A DNA stretch of 64,000 bases from a bacterium (GTDB lineage Bacteria > UBA10199 > 2-02-FULL-44-16 > JAAZCA01). Positions 42,315 to 51,431 of the stretch are shown in pieces. Numbering within the stretch: the first letter of the stretch is position 1; every line of letters begins with the position of its first letter. The DNA is taken from contig CAXXGI010000001.1 in NCBI GenBank assembly GCA_963674695.2, forward strand, positions 64,001 through 128,000, given 5' to 3'. The position numbers were made by a program, and so were the translations under genes. Under the pieces are notes generated by a model. That model was not told the DNA's origin, searched no databases, and saw nothing but the letters and a program-made list of their open reading frames with translations.

Positions 42315-42875
42315 CTACTTTTTATTTCCAGATGGCTGATCATCGCGATTAACTTGCTTCTTTTTCAATTCAGAGTAGCAATTGTCTGCCGACTCGGCAA
42401 AACCCTTTCCAACATCTGGCATCGCCATTTCAAATGGCCCCGACAGCTTTGGCTCTTGTGGCCTCGTGAGGGCAAGAACTCGCAAATACATCGAATAACT
42501 CTGCGCTTGACGCGCGGGCCACTTCATCGGCAGACAATCGCTATTATACTGATCAAAGAGATCGTATATCTCTATGGCATCACCTGCCTTATCGCCCAAC
42601 ACCTCAACGTCGTTCCTGTCGATGTTCACGTCATAAGGGCATCTGCTTGTTCCTTGAAGAATCGAGCTACACAAATTGAACTCAATGCGGGTCAACTGCT
42701 TCATGTGCTTATGAACTATTTGAGTCCTGTTTATGTCCTCATTGGAACAGCTCCTAATCGCTGGGATGCCAAATACGACTATGAGAATGATGCCTAAAAT
42801 GGCGATAATCAATCCGATAACAATATGATGTCGTTTGATCCATTCCATTTGATGCCTCATTATAATTCTGTTCAC
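42315..42875 (-). CDS. Hypothetical single-TM protein
   Basis: Hydrophobic N-terminal helix; start overlaps the hsdM stop; exact start uncertain. Confidence 0.55.
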   Translation of the reverse strand: MNRIIMRHQMEWIKRHHIVIGLIIAILGIILIVVFGIPAIRSCSNEDINRTQIVHKHMKQLTRIEFNLCSSILQGTSRCPYDVNIDRNDVEVLGDKAGDAIEIYDLFDQYNSDCLPMKWPARQAQSYSMYLRVLALTRPQEPKLSGPFEMAMPDVGKGFAESADNCYSELKKKQVNRDDQPSGNKK

Positions 42876-44413
42876 GCTTGTTTTCTCAATAGCGCGATCG
42901 TCTCCGACAATTCCCTCCCCCTCGCTTCAATCGCATTGAGAATCTCCGTGGGTGTGCGTTCATCGACCACGACCTTGCGGTTGGGGTTAACGGCCTTGAT
43001 GTCGTAGCCGCGCTCCTCTATTTCAGCGCGCGGGATCGTCCAGCTGCGGTCGCTGTCGGCGCGATCCGGCAGCAAGCGGAAGAACTCCTCGAAGTGGGCC
43101 AGCGTCAGAGGCGACTTCTTGCCCATCTTGATGTCCGAGAGGTCATAATACCAGATGCTCTCCGTCGGACCGCCGCGCGTGAAGAACAGGAGGTTGGTCT
43201 TGACCCCTGCACCAGCGTTGGTGAAGGCACCGCCTGGCAAGCTGACGATGCACCAGAGATCGCAATCATCGAGGAGCTTGCGCTTGGTCTGCACGAAGGC
43301 CGTCTCATTGGTGCGGAAAAGGACGCCCTCATCGAGCACCATGCCGCAGCGACCGCCCGGCTTGAGCGAATCGATAACGTGCTGGAGGAAGAGGACCTGC
43401 GTGGCGCCGGTTTTATAGGCAAAGCGGGTCCGTGCCTCCTTGCCCTCTTTTCCTCCGAATGGCGGGTTGGTCATGACAACGTCGAATAGGGCCGGCGCAT
43501 CCTTAAACAATCCACCATATATCTCATTGCCCGTCAGGGTGTTGCCGTGCCAAAGGTGCGGCTCGTCAATCCCATGTAAGACGAGATTGGCCAAGGCGAT
43601 GGGATAGATCAGGTTCTCTTTTTCACGCCCGTAAAGCGCCCTTCTCTTGAGAATATCGATCTGTTCCGCAGTCGAGCCGCTTCCGAGGCCATCCCTCATA
43701 TGGAGATATGCCTGGACCAGAAAGCCGCCAGTACCGCAGCACGGGTCATACACGATCTCACCCGGCTTGGGATCGACCGTGCGCACGATGGCCCTGATGA
43801 CCTCGCGCGGCGTGAAGAACTGACCGCCATCGTTGCCCTTCTCGCCCATCTTGAGCAGAAGCCCTTCATATACCTGTGAGAGTGGGAATACATGAGTGGG
43901 GTCGATGGCCTCGTCTGTAATGTCCTGCACCTTGTCGAGTACATCGAGCAGATTTCGTTCCGTGTCGATTCGCACGCGCTCAACACCGGAGAGAATCTCG
44001 CTGATAACCTTCTGCCTGGGGCCGGCGTTGGGCTTTTCTCGCAGACCGCGCAGATATGGAAGGAGCTCTCCGTTGACGAAGCTGAAAAAGGCCCCGAGCG
44101 CGCCATTTTGCAGTTCTACACGTTTGGCCCCACCCGGCGCGGCCCAATCCTGCCATCGATATGGCGTTTCAAGCGAAGGAGTGAAATCCGATCCAACCGC
44201 CTCGGCTTCCTCCGCCTCTCGCTGTTCCCGCTCGTCCAGGATTCGCAAGAACAGGAGCCACGTCAGTTCAGGAACGTATTGAAGGGCTCCGGCACAGTTC
44301 GAGCGCCGCATGATGTTGCAAATGGATTTTACAGCGGAATTGACCGAGCTCTGCGTGCCCAATCGACGCCCGTTGCCATTTCCATTTTCTTTCTTCTTTC
44401 GTCCTCGTGCCAT
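42872..44413 (-). CDS. hsdM: Type I restriction-modification N6-adenine methyltransferase
   Basis: GQFFTPREV, YDPCCGTGGFL and NPPF motifs. Confidence 0.95.
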   Translation of the reverse strand: MARGRKKKENGNGNGRRLGTQSSVNSAVKSICNIMRRSNCAGALQYVPELTWLLFLRILDEREQREAEEAEAVGSDFTPSLETPYRWQDWAAPGGAKRVELQNGALGAFFSFVNGELLPYLRGLREKPNAGPRQKVISEILSGVERVRIDTERNLLDVLDKVQDITDEAIDPTHVFPLSQVYEGLLLKMGEKGNDGGQFFTPREVIRAIVRTVDPKPGEIVYDPCCGTGGFLVQAYLHMRDGLGSGSTAEQIDILKRRALYGREKENLIYPIALANLVLHGIDEPHLWHGNTLTGNEIYGGLFKDAPALFDVVMTNPPFGGKEGKEARTRFAYKTGATQVLFLQHVIDSLKPGGRCGMVLDEGVLFRTNETAFVQTKRKLLDDCDLWCIVSLPGGAFTNAGAGVKTNLLFFTRGGPTESIWYYDLSDIKMGKKSPLTLAHFEEFFRLLPDRADSDRSWTIPRAEIEERGYDIKAVNPNRKVVVDERTPTEILNAIEARGRELSETIALLRKQA

Positions 44414-44414
44414 A

Positions 44415-45632
44415 TTACAATTCTCCGTTAAACGCCCTGCGCAGCATTGCCGCGGGTAACGCGTTGATGTCTGTGAGCTGTTTTTCAAAATGCAATTGTG
44501 CTTGGTTCACTACTTCAAAATGTATTTTGATTTTTTTGGCTATTTGTTTTTGTATATGGATATCCGGCAATGGCAATCGTATCTTGCCAAGCAATGTTGC
44601 GTTAACATTGGGCTGCGCTCCTCCGCGTGAATGTAATCTTACCTGGCGCCAATAATCATCACTTTGAAAATACAAATAGACATAATCATAGTCCGCAAGC
44701 GCACTCACTCTTAAGCGAATTAAATATGACGCAAAGACAGCACGCGGCGGATTCTTGATAAGATAACTTTTCCCCGTCGTCCCACCAGTTCTGGCGAAAA
44801 CTATATCTCCATGACACAAAGTATTCGCCGCTTCATCATCAGGCGATATTTGACAACCTGGCACAGTATGCCAATTTACCTCGCCGCATTGAATGTCTGT
44901 TATTCGCAATAACTTGGGCTCATGAATAGTGAAGTTCGCACTGGCAGTATAACCATAATCAAGGCTCTCGCATATTTCTCTTAAGGTCACACATCGCCAT
45001 CCTTCTGGCAAAGGACTTTCGGTATTTGGGAGTATCTCGCGCAGGAAGGAGGCAGGGAGCGCCTTCGCGGCCTCAAGCTGCGCCTCAACTGCTGCCCGTG
45101 CCTTCTCCACCGCCGCCATCTGCTCATTCAAAATTGCCGCGATACGCTTTTGTTCCTGTAATGGCGGAAAAGGGAAATTTAGGTTCTTAATATCGTTTAT
45201 TGATACATTGTTGACGATAGCATGTTTGCCCATTGCAGAGATACGTTCAAGAGAGATGGAAAGCCAATGCCGAAGCCACTTGGTTTCAATTTTACTTGAG
45301 CTGATCTTTATGATCCGCTGATTGAGTAATGCTGTTGGCCCATCCCACTCCGCCACTTTGAAACTACCTGATAAACTCAAGAGTAAATCACCTGTATTGA
45401 CCACAAATCGAGCATCATATTCTTTCGTCCAATATACGAACGTCGATCTGCTGTTTTCATCCAAATTTTGAATCCTGATAATAGGAATACCGGGCGGCGT
45501 TTTTTCAAAACCCTCTGATGGCCAAGCAAAGCCGGACAAGACCTCACACACGTCCCGCAACTTCACCCACCGCCAGCCGGGGGGCAGCTGCTTCTTCTCC
45601 ACTTCCTTTTTTTTCGGCTGCTCTCTCGTCAT
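44415..45632 (-). CDS. hsdS: Type I restriction-modification specificity subunit
   Basis: Two TRDs (LPPGWRWVKL; LPEGWRCVTL), PPLQEQKRIA conserved region and AFNGEL C-terminus. Confidence 0.95.
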   Translation of the reverse strand: MTREQPKKKEVEKKQLPPGWRWVKLRDVCEVLSGFAWPSEGFEKTPPGIPIIRIQNLDENSRSTFVYWTKEYDARFVVNTGDLLLSLSGSFKVAEWDGPTALLNQRIIKISSSKIETKWLRHWLSISLERISAMGKHAIVNNVSINDIKNLNFPFPPLQEQKRIAAILNEQMAAVEKARAAVEAQLEAAKALPASFLREILPNTESPLPEGWRCVTLREICESLDYGYTASANFTIHEPKLLRITDIQCGEVNWHTVPGCQISPDDEAANTLCHGDIVFARTGGTTGKSYLIKNPPRAVFASYLIRLRVSALADYDYVYLYFQSDDYWRQVRLHSRGGAQPNVNATLLGKIRLPLPDIHIQKQIAKKIKIHFEVVNQAQLHFEKQLTDINALPAAMLRRAFNGEL

Positions 45633-47968
45633 GCCGCAAACATCCTTTTCTTCGTTTCAAGGAGAACCTCGACCGGCTTCCCTAATGCACGGAGAGCCCC
45701 TAACCCGCCTGCCCGAATAACATCGGGCGTCTGAAAGACGTTAGGATTTTCCAAACCTTCGGTTCCTGCGATGGCAAACTGCGATGCCAAAGCGCGGATG
45801 GCGGTTGACGTGCTTTCTGGCATCCCCTGGAGCCAATGCGTGTGCTTGTAGGTGAACGAATCGGCGCGCTCCAAACGTGTCTTGGGTGCGAGCCCATAGC
45901 CGATCTCGGCCAGGACATCGTAAAGATCAAAATCGCTCATATCCTCGACCTCACGGACAAAGAGCGCAGACCTCCCGGCATCCGGGAGCTGATTCAGGAG
46001 GTCACGGCGGTCCCGCTGGACGATCCAGCGTGCGCGGAACTCCTCTATCGTCGGCACCTCCTTCACGAGGCGCTGTGCCAGGAGCTCCTTGTATTCTTCT
46101 ATGGTGACGGGCGCTGCCTTCCCGTCCACCTCCGTGACGATATATCGGCCAGCGTCTGTAACGCAGACCTCGAAGCCCTGCACGAGGACTGTGCGCTCCG
46201 GTGCCTGCGGTTCGCCGCCTTCTCCGCCTGATCTCGGCGTTGTAGTAACAAAATCCTCACCAAAGAGCCGCGTCGCGTTGGTGTAATCATAGACGCGGAA
46301 CATCAGCTTTGAATCCGGCGCATAGAGGCGTGTGCCCCTGCCGACCATCTGATAGAAGGCAATCGGTGAGCGGACGTATTTGAAGAAAACGATATTTCGG
46401 ACGCAGGGCACATCGACACCGGTTGAAAGAAGATCAACCGTCGTGGCCACATAGTATCGTCGTGAAGCACCACGGAGATCGGCGAGATAATCGCTGCCGC
46501 CTGACGCGGCCGTGCACTTGAAGGCATACTGTTCCGCCCGCTGCCGACCGTTCTTCGCACACCATTCCGCGTAGAGGTTGTTCATCACCGCCGCAACATC
46601 GTCGGCATGGCGGTCACGCACGCAGAATATAATCGTTTTCTGCTCCGCCTGCCCCGTCTCGACGAATTGATCGAAGAGGTCCTTGCACATGGCATGGACG
46701 CGGTCCGGAAGGAGGATGCGGTTTTCATAATCGGTCTTTTCGTATATCTCCCGCAGCTCGTCCGCGCTGATGGGCTGACCGGTGTTGGCGTCGATAGGAT
46801 TCTTGGCAATGATGTCATCGATTGTAATGCCCGTATCGTCTATATTGACCCGCCCTTTGCGAATCTCACAGGCAGCGAGATAGCCGTCCTCAATCCCTTG
46901 CGCCATCTCGTATTCATAGACCGGCTCACCGAACCATTTGTAGTTATCGGCCGTGACCTGCGCATCGGCGCGGGCTTCCTGGCTGTCCTCGCGGATTGCG
47001 AGTCGACGAGGCGTTGCGGTAAGTCCGACCTGCACGGCATCAGGATTCCGGGTAAGGACCTGCGACCATTTGCCCCAGGCCGAGCGATGGCACTCGTCGA
47101 TGATGATATGGCTAAAATAATTTTCAGGGTAGTTGGACAGCAGGAAGTTGGCATCGGCCTCATCGCGATCCACCTGGAGGGTCTGGTAGGTTGCGACGAG
47201 GATGCGGGCGTTCTTCTGGGGGTTGCCGCTCGATACCGCGGCCGCATCGGAGCCAAAGACGTTCTGAAATGCCGCCAGACCCTGCGAGCGCAGTTCATCG
47301 CGGTCGCAGACGAAAAGGGCGCGTCGCAGCTGGCCCGCGTCGGCGATACGCTTGAGCAGATTCACCGCTATGAAAGTTTTGCCTGAACCGGTGGCAAGGG
47401 AGAGCAGGGCCCGTTTCTCGCCCGTGGCGATCTTTTCGAGAACGGCCCTGATGGCGGCGTCCTGATAGTAACGGCGCGTCGCCTCACCACCGCTATACCG
47501 GGCAAGGAGCGGCCGCGCCGGTTCGCTTGCAAGCGAAAACCCCATCCCCTCCTCGTAGCGCTGGCGCAGCTCTTCCGGCGTGGGGAAGGCGGTCAGCTGG
47601 CGAGGTTCGGAGGTCTTGCCGCTGAAACGGTCGAACTCGACGAAGAGGTGGCCGTTGCTGGAAAAAACGAACGGCACATTCAGGCGCTTGCAGGTGGCAT
47701 AGAGCTTGACCTGTTCAAGACCATGATTCGGCGGCAGGTGTTCGGCTTTGGCTTCGATGAGGGCGAGGGCGACAGGTTGGGTATCGCGTGTGATTTTGAT
47801 GCGAAGGACGTAGTCCACTCGACCCTTGGGGCGCCGGCGGGGGCGTCCTTCGGCGATTTCAACGGCGCCTGCGGTTTCTTCCCTCCTGATGAGCTCTTCG
47901 GTCCATCCACGACGATGAATTGCAGGATCGATCAGCTTTGCCCTGGTGTCGGCTTCACCATAGCCCAT
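45629..47968 (-). CDS. hsdR: Type I restriction endonuclease subunit R (short EcoEI-like form)
   Basis: EADTRAKLIDP, D...EAK nuclease motif, RYYQ, ATGSGKT, DECH, TAT and QMVGRGTR motifs. Confidence 0.94.
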   Translation of the reverse strand: MGYGEADTRAKLIDPAIHRRGWTEELIRREETAGAVEIAEGRPRRRPKGRVDYVLRIKITRDTQPVALALIEAKAEHLPPNHGLEQVKLYATCKRLNVPFVFSSNGHLFVEFDRFSGKTSEPRQLTAFPTPEELRQRYEEGMGFSLASEPARPLLARYSGGEATRRYYQDAAIRAVLEKIATGEKRALLSLATGSGKTFIAVNLLKRIADAGQLRRALFVCDRDELRSQGLAAFQNVFGSDAAAVSSGNPQKNARILVATYQTLQVDRDEADANFLLSNYPENYFSHIIIDECHRSAWGKWSQVLTRNPDAVQVGLTATPRRLAIREDSQEARADAQVTADNYKWFGEPVYEYEMAQGIEDGYLAACEIRKGRVNIDDTGITIDDIIAKNPIDANTGQPISADELREIYEKTDYENRILLPDRVHAMCKDLFDQFVETGQAEQKTIIFCVRDRHADDVAAVMNNLYAEWCAKNGRQRAEQYAFKCTAASGGSDYLADLRGASRRYYVATTVDLLSTGVDVPCVRNIVFFKYVRSPIAFYQMVGRGTRLYAPDSKLMFRVYDYTNATRLFGEDFVTTTPRSGGEGGEPQAPERTVLVQGFEVCVTDAGRYIVTEVDGKAAPVTIEEYKELLAQRLVKEVPTIEEFRARWIVQRDRRDLLNQLPDAGRSALFVREVEDMSDFDLYDVLAEIGYGLAPKTRLERADSFTYKHTHWLQGMPESTSTAIRALASQFAIAGTEGLENPNVFQTPDVIRAGGLGALRALGKPVEVLLETKKRMFAA

Positions 47969-48021
47969 TCATGCCCCCTTGAAATACTCGACGGGGACAT
48001 TATGCCAAAAGGCAATTAATA

Positions 48022-48306
48022 TCAAGGATTTCCACTTGCCCGATAATCCTCAACAATCACCTTAAACTCGTTCTCTCCCTCGGCCTTTACTTCCATGTTC
48101 CGGAGATCGGCCATGACCTTGCGCAGTAGGGCAACCGCCGCGTCTTTTCTCTCGCTGATTGTTGCACCCTCGATCTGGCCATCTGCGAGGGCTTGAAGAA
48201 ATGCGATGCAGCCGACGGCGTTGATCTTCTTTCGAAGCGCTTGGGTCAGGAGATTAGTCGAGCCCTTCTTCCTTCCTGAACCTTCTCTGTATCCGCCTCG
48301 CGCCAT
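48022..48306 (-). CDS. Small terminase-like protein
   Basis: N-terminus MARGGYREGSGRKKGSTN resembles the GG-x-R-x-G-x-GR-x-KG start of many phage small terminases; GGAGG RBS. Confidence 0.5.
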   Translation of the reverse strand: MARGGYREGSGRKKGSTNLLTQALRKKINAVGCIAFLQALADGQIEGATISERKDAAVALLRKVMADLRNMEVKAEGENEFKVIVEDYRASGNP

Positions 48307-48349
48307 AGAACCTCCGAATGATTTAATGGTATTTTTTCAATACGATTCT

Positions 48350-48372
48350 TGGGTCCAATTTTGGGTCCAATC
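48350..48372 (+). repeat. Tandem putative integrase arm-binding sites (right)
   Basis: TGGGTCCAATT-T-TGGGTCCAATC. Confidence 0.7.
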
Positions 48373-48501
48373 GACTCAAAAACTGCCGTGAATTACCGTT
48401 TCTCCTCCGACACCGGAATCCGACATAGGTTATTGGTATCCTTCACAAACACTCGTTTTTACTGCCTCCCCCGCAAACGCCGTTTTTATGCGGGTTTCCC
48501 G

Positions 48502-48527
48502 CTCATAACCGGGTGGTCCCAGGTTCG
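48502..48527 (+). repeat. Right att direct repeat (truncated tRNA fragment)
   Basis: Identical to 37215-37240; tRNA similarity stops inside the T-loop. Confidence 0.9.
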
Positions 48528-48533
48528 GGATCT

Positions 48534-48771
48534 ATCCGCCCCCTTGCTGCCCTCCCATCGCCGCTCATCGTGGAACGAACCGTTTTGGCCTGCGAAGGGC
48601 CGCTGGTTGAGATCGGAGATCTCAATTCCGAGTGATGTCTGAACCCGCCATCATCTCATGCGCTCTTCTTCCTTCGGCGGGTGAGTTCACGAGGAAAGGC
48701 GGGTCGAGACAGAGCCAAAACGTGTGAGTGGAACGGAAGAGCTGCGGTGGTAGGGCAGCAAGGGGGCGGAT
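48534..48771. mobile_element. MITE-like ~238-bp hairpin element, copy 1
   Basis: ~33-bp terminal inverted repeats ATCCGCCCCCTTGCTGCCCT.../...AGGGCAGCAAGGGGGCGGAT; near-identical copy at 49811. Confidence 0.8.
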
Positions 48772-48795
48772 GCTCTGCACTGCAGCCTTAGCATC

Positions 48796-48853
48796 GGGAT
48801 CCTTTCCGCCAAAGGCGGACCCGCCTCTGGCGGGCGCGTTTCTTCGCTCGAGG
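48796..48853. repeat. 58-bp REP-like block with CCGCCAAAGGCGG and CCGCCTCTGGCGG mini-hairpins
   Basis: Identical block at 50128-50185. Confidence 0.8.
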
Positions 48854-48888
48854 GCGATGGCCTTTGCGAATACGCCATCGATTCACCG

Positions 48889-49290
48889 TCACGCGGAACG
48901 TTGAAGATCCGCTTCCATGCCTTCGAGCTCTTGCAACAAAAACCGCTGCGTCTCCTCGCTCATCGACCCGGATTTCTTCACCCGATTTCTCGCTCGCCGT
49001 ATGTGCGAAAGGAGATCGCGTTCGAGGGCATCCCGCTCCTGCGTATCCCCGAGGAGGCGCTCGATCGGAACGCGGATAACCGGCGAGAGCTTCCGCGCTA
49101 TGCGCGCACCGATCGGCCGGCGTCCATGGATGATATCGCTGAGCGCCTGCTCGCTGATACCCGCACGACGCGCCACCTCGCGTTGTTTGAGCTCCATCAC
49201 CTCACACCCGATCCGCACATATTCCGCCGGCGTGAGATTCGCCGGCTGCGCAACTCGATAGTTCTTCTTTCCTTCCCCTGAAGAGAGCAT
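48889..49290 (-). CDS. HigA-like XRE HTH antitoxin
   Basis: TPAEYVR...QREVARRAGISEQALSDIIHGRRPIG motif; downstream of the toxin gene. Confidence 0.8.
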   Translation of the reverse strand: MLSSGEGKKNYRVAQPANLTPAEYVRIGCEVMELKQREVARRAGISEQALSDIIHGRRPIGARIARKLSPVIRVPIERLLGDTQERDALERDLLSHIRRARNRVKKSGSMSEETQRFLLQELEGMEADLQRSA

Positions 49291-49300
49291 AGCAAACTCC

Positions 49301-49579
49301 TTAATATTGATGTGGTGTGATCTCCTCGACAATGACCGTAACAATCGATTGCTCCACCCGATAGATCACACGCCATTGAAGCGAGAGTCGCGACGCACGG
49401 TACCCATACCATTTCCCCGAAAGGGCTTTGTCCCGAAATCCGGGACGATGACAGAGCTCATGCGGACCAGAGTCCAAGAGCACGTTTTTCCAGAAATCAT
49501 ATTTCTCCCGAACCTGCTTGGGGGCACGAGCCAAACGCTTCATCGCCCCCGTCTCTTCCAGCACCGTCCATTTATTCAT
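49301..49579 (-). CDS. RelE/HigB-superfamily mRNA interferase toxin
   Basis: PGFRDKALSGKWYGYRASRLSLQWRVIY...TPHQY; 92 aa; toxin-first gene order. Confidence 0.85.
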   Translation of the reverse strand: MNKWTVLEETGAMKRLARAPKQVREKYDFWKNVLLDSGPHELCHRPGFRDKALSGKWYGYRASRLSLQWRVIYRVEQSIVTVIVEEITPHQY

Positions 49580-49751
49580 GAACGCTCCCTCTATTGTAGC
49601 ACTACTCATTTTTAGGAAACAAGCACTTAGTACACATTTATGGGAAGTACCGCCCGCCGCCGCCATTTGCTGCAGATGCTGCAAAACGCAGCAGCAACGC
49701 ACCGCTAACCCATTGTTTTTAAGAGATCGGCACAGATTGCCTTCTTCAAAC

Positions 49752-49767
49752 AGCAAGTGTCGTGCCA
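49752..49767 (-). promoter_or_regulatory. Putative sigma-54 promoter facing the toxin-antitoxin operon
   Basis: Minus strand reads TGGCACG-ACAC-TTGCT, a consensus match. Confidence 0.5.
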
Positions 49768-49810
49768 AGAAAGGATTCAAAACCATCTGACGCCTTCCAC
49801 CCCCCGTAGA

Positions 49811-50047
49811 ATCCGCCCCGTCGATGGCCTCCCATCGCCGCTCATCGTGGAACGAGCCGTTTTGGCCTGCGAAGGGCCGCTGGTTGAGACCGGAGGTCTC
49901 AATTCCGAGTGATGTCTGAACCCGCCATCATCTGATGCGTTTTTCTTCCGACGGCGGGTGCGTTCACGAGGAAAGGCGGATCGAGACAGAGCCAAAACGT
50001 GTGAGTGGAACGTTGAGCTGCGATGGGAGGGCAGCAAGGGGGCGGAT
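49811..50047. mobile_element. MITE-like hairpin element, copy 2 (direct orientation to copy 1)
   Basis: Colinear with 48534-48771; left TIR degenerate, right TIR intact. Confidence 0.8.
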
Positions 50048-50061
50048 GCTCTCTGGGCTGG

Positions 50062-50220
50062 ATCCCCGATAACCCCATTCGGGGATGACAGTGCGGGGGC
50101 GCCCTGGGATGACAATATGAAACACGAGGGATCCTTTCCGCCAAAGGCGGACCCGCCTCTGGCGGGCGCGTTTCTTCGCTCGAGGATGACAATCAGGGGC
50201 GGGCGAGCGGGGATATGACA
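50062..50220. repeat. Cluster of REP-like right ends (GGATGACA x3 plus a variant) including the 58-bp block
   Basis: ggggatgaca, gggatgaca, aggatgaca and atatgaca in tandem. Confidence 0.65.
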
Positions 50221-50526
50221 AACGAAGAACATGTCAGAAAAGACGATCACTTTTTCTGACGACGATCCGCTTATCATCATTTTTGCAAAGCATAAGCGTT
50301 AACAATTTCAATGCTTTATGGAATTCCTGGCCCTATCATCACCCTTGCAGACACAACGCTTTGGCCGAATCCTGATGTCGAAAAGTGGTCATAGGCGACC
50401 ATCACAAAGGCCGTTTGTGGTGGTCTGATTTTACCACTTTTGCGCATCAACTTAGCGGAGGGTAATGTTCGGGCGGGCAAGAGGGAGAGAAAGCGCTTCT
50501 TTCAGATATCATCATTCGCTTTAACT

Positions 50527-51126
50527 TTATTGGCGCCCAAAACGCCGCGCGTAGAGGGAAAACGCGCCGACGTTGATGATGATAAGAATGAGGAGCGTTC
50601 CGCTCACCGTCAACGGAAACCGATAGCGAAAGAGGGTCTGGGCGATCACGCCCCCTTCCGTCTCAGCGACGAGTTTCGTCCCGACAAAGGGCGAGAGGTT
50701 GAGCCCCAAGGATAAACTATGCTCTTTTCCCGCGACCAGGTGATCGGGGGGATATTTGGAGACGTCGACCGTAACGAGATTTAAAAAGAAGAGGAAGAGC
50801 AGGAACGCGATGTTGAAGAGGAAGGCGTTGCGCGCCGCACGGCGTACGATGAGTTCTTCGCGTTCGTCGCGTTCTTTCACGAACGCGATCCGCTTCAAGA
50901 GCTGCTCCCGAAATCGAGACGAGAACACGAGACAGACGACCGTGTAGAGCGCCGTGGCAATCCAGAACGCGAAGAGGTATCCGGAAAGCGCGTTGCCCCA
51001 CTCCAGAAGCGGTGAGCCGACGGCGCTTTCAGTCGCAGCAATCTGTGGCCAGATCATGAACGCCACGAGAATGACCGGAAGGGCGATAATAAAATAGGAC
51101 ATGACGATGCGATTGAGCGTCTTCAT
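50527..51126 (-). CDS. Membrane protein (DUF2178-like DERE motif)
   Basis: Four TM segments with ERDEREELI motif; ATGA-coupled to the upstream HTH gene. Confidence 0.65.
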   Translation of the reverse strand: MKTLNRIVMSYFIIALPVILVAFMIWPQIAATESAVGSPLLEWGNALSGYLFAFWIATALYTVVCLVFSSRFREQLLKRIAFVKERDEREELIVRRAARNAFLFNIAFLLFLFFLNLVTVDVSKYPPDHLVAGKEHSLSLGLNLSPFVGTKLVAETEGGVIAQTLFRYRFPLTVSGTLLILIIINVGAFSLYARRFGRQ

Positions 51127-51335
51127 TTCGATTCCTCCATGGTGAAGATCTCTTCGATCCCCACGTTGAAAAAATGGGCCAGCTTGAACGCGAGTTCGAG
51201 CGACGGATTGTAGTTCCCCTTCTCGATGGCGATGATCGTCGCCCGCGTCACGCCGACGGCCTCGGCCAGTTTCTCCTGCGTCATCCGCTTCTCGGCACGC
51301 AGGACGTGCAATCGACTCATAATGACGTTCTTCAT
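51123..51335 (-). CDS. XRE-family HTH regulator
   Basis: MTQEKLAEAVGVTRATIIAIEKGNYNPSLELAFKLA motif. Confidence 0.92.
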   Translation of the reverse strand: MKNVIMSRLHVLRAEKRMTQEKLAEAVGVTRATIIAIEKGNYNPSLELAFKLAHFFNVGIEEIFTMEESK

Positions 51336-51377
51336 ATTCCACTCCTCTGTCGCGAAGATGTCATGCGAACTGCGCAC

Positions 51378-51406
51378 TTTGTATAGTTGGCTATACTTTT
51401 TGTCAA
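51378..51406 (-). promoter_or_regulatory. Sigma-70 promoter with palindromic operator
   Basis: Minus strand TTGACA-17-TACAAA; GTATAG-ttgg-CTATAC palindrome at 51381-51396. Confidence 0.65.
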
Positions 51407-51431
51407 ATACTATTTTCTTTTATTTCGTTCA

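Larger units (their letters stand above)
37215..48527. mobile_element. Integrative element / phage-satellite-like island (~11.3 kb)
   Basis: Identical 26-bp direct repeats CTCATAACCGGGTGGTCCCAGGTTCG at 37215-37240 and 48502-48527; integrase and xis-like genes; tandem TGGGTCCAATT motifs inside both ends; AT-richer cargo. Confidence 0.9.

Noticed and set aside
44415-45632. Phase-variable hsdS shufflon driven by the serine recombinase
   Set aside because: Only one hsdS is present, with no silent TRD copies or flanking inverted repeats seen.
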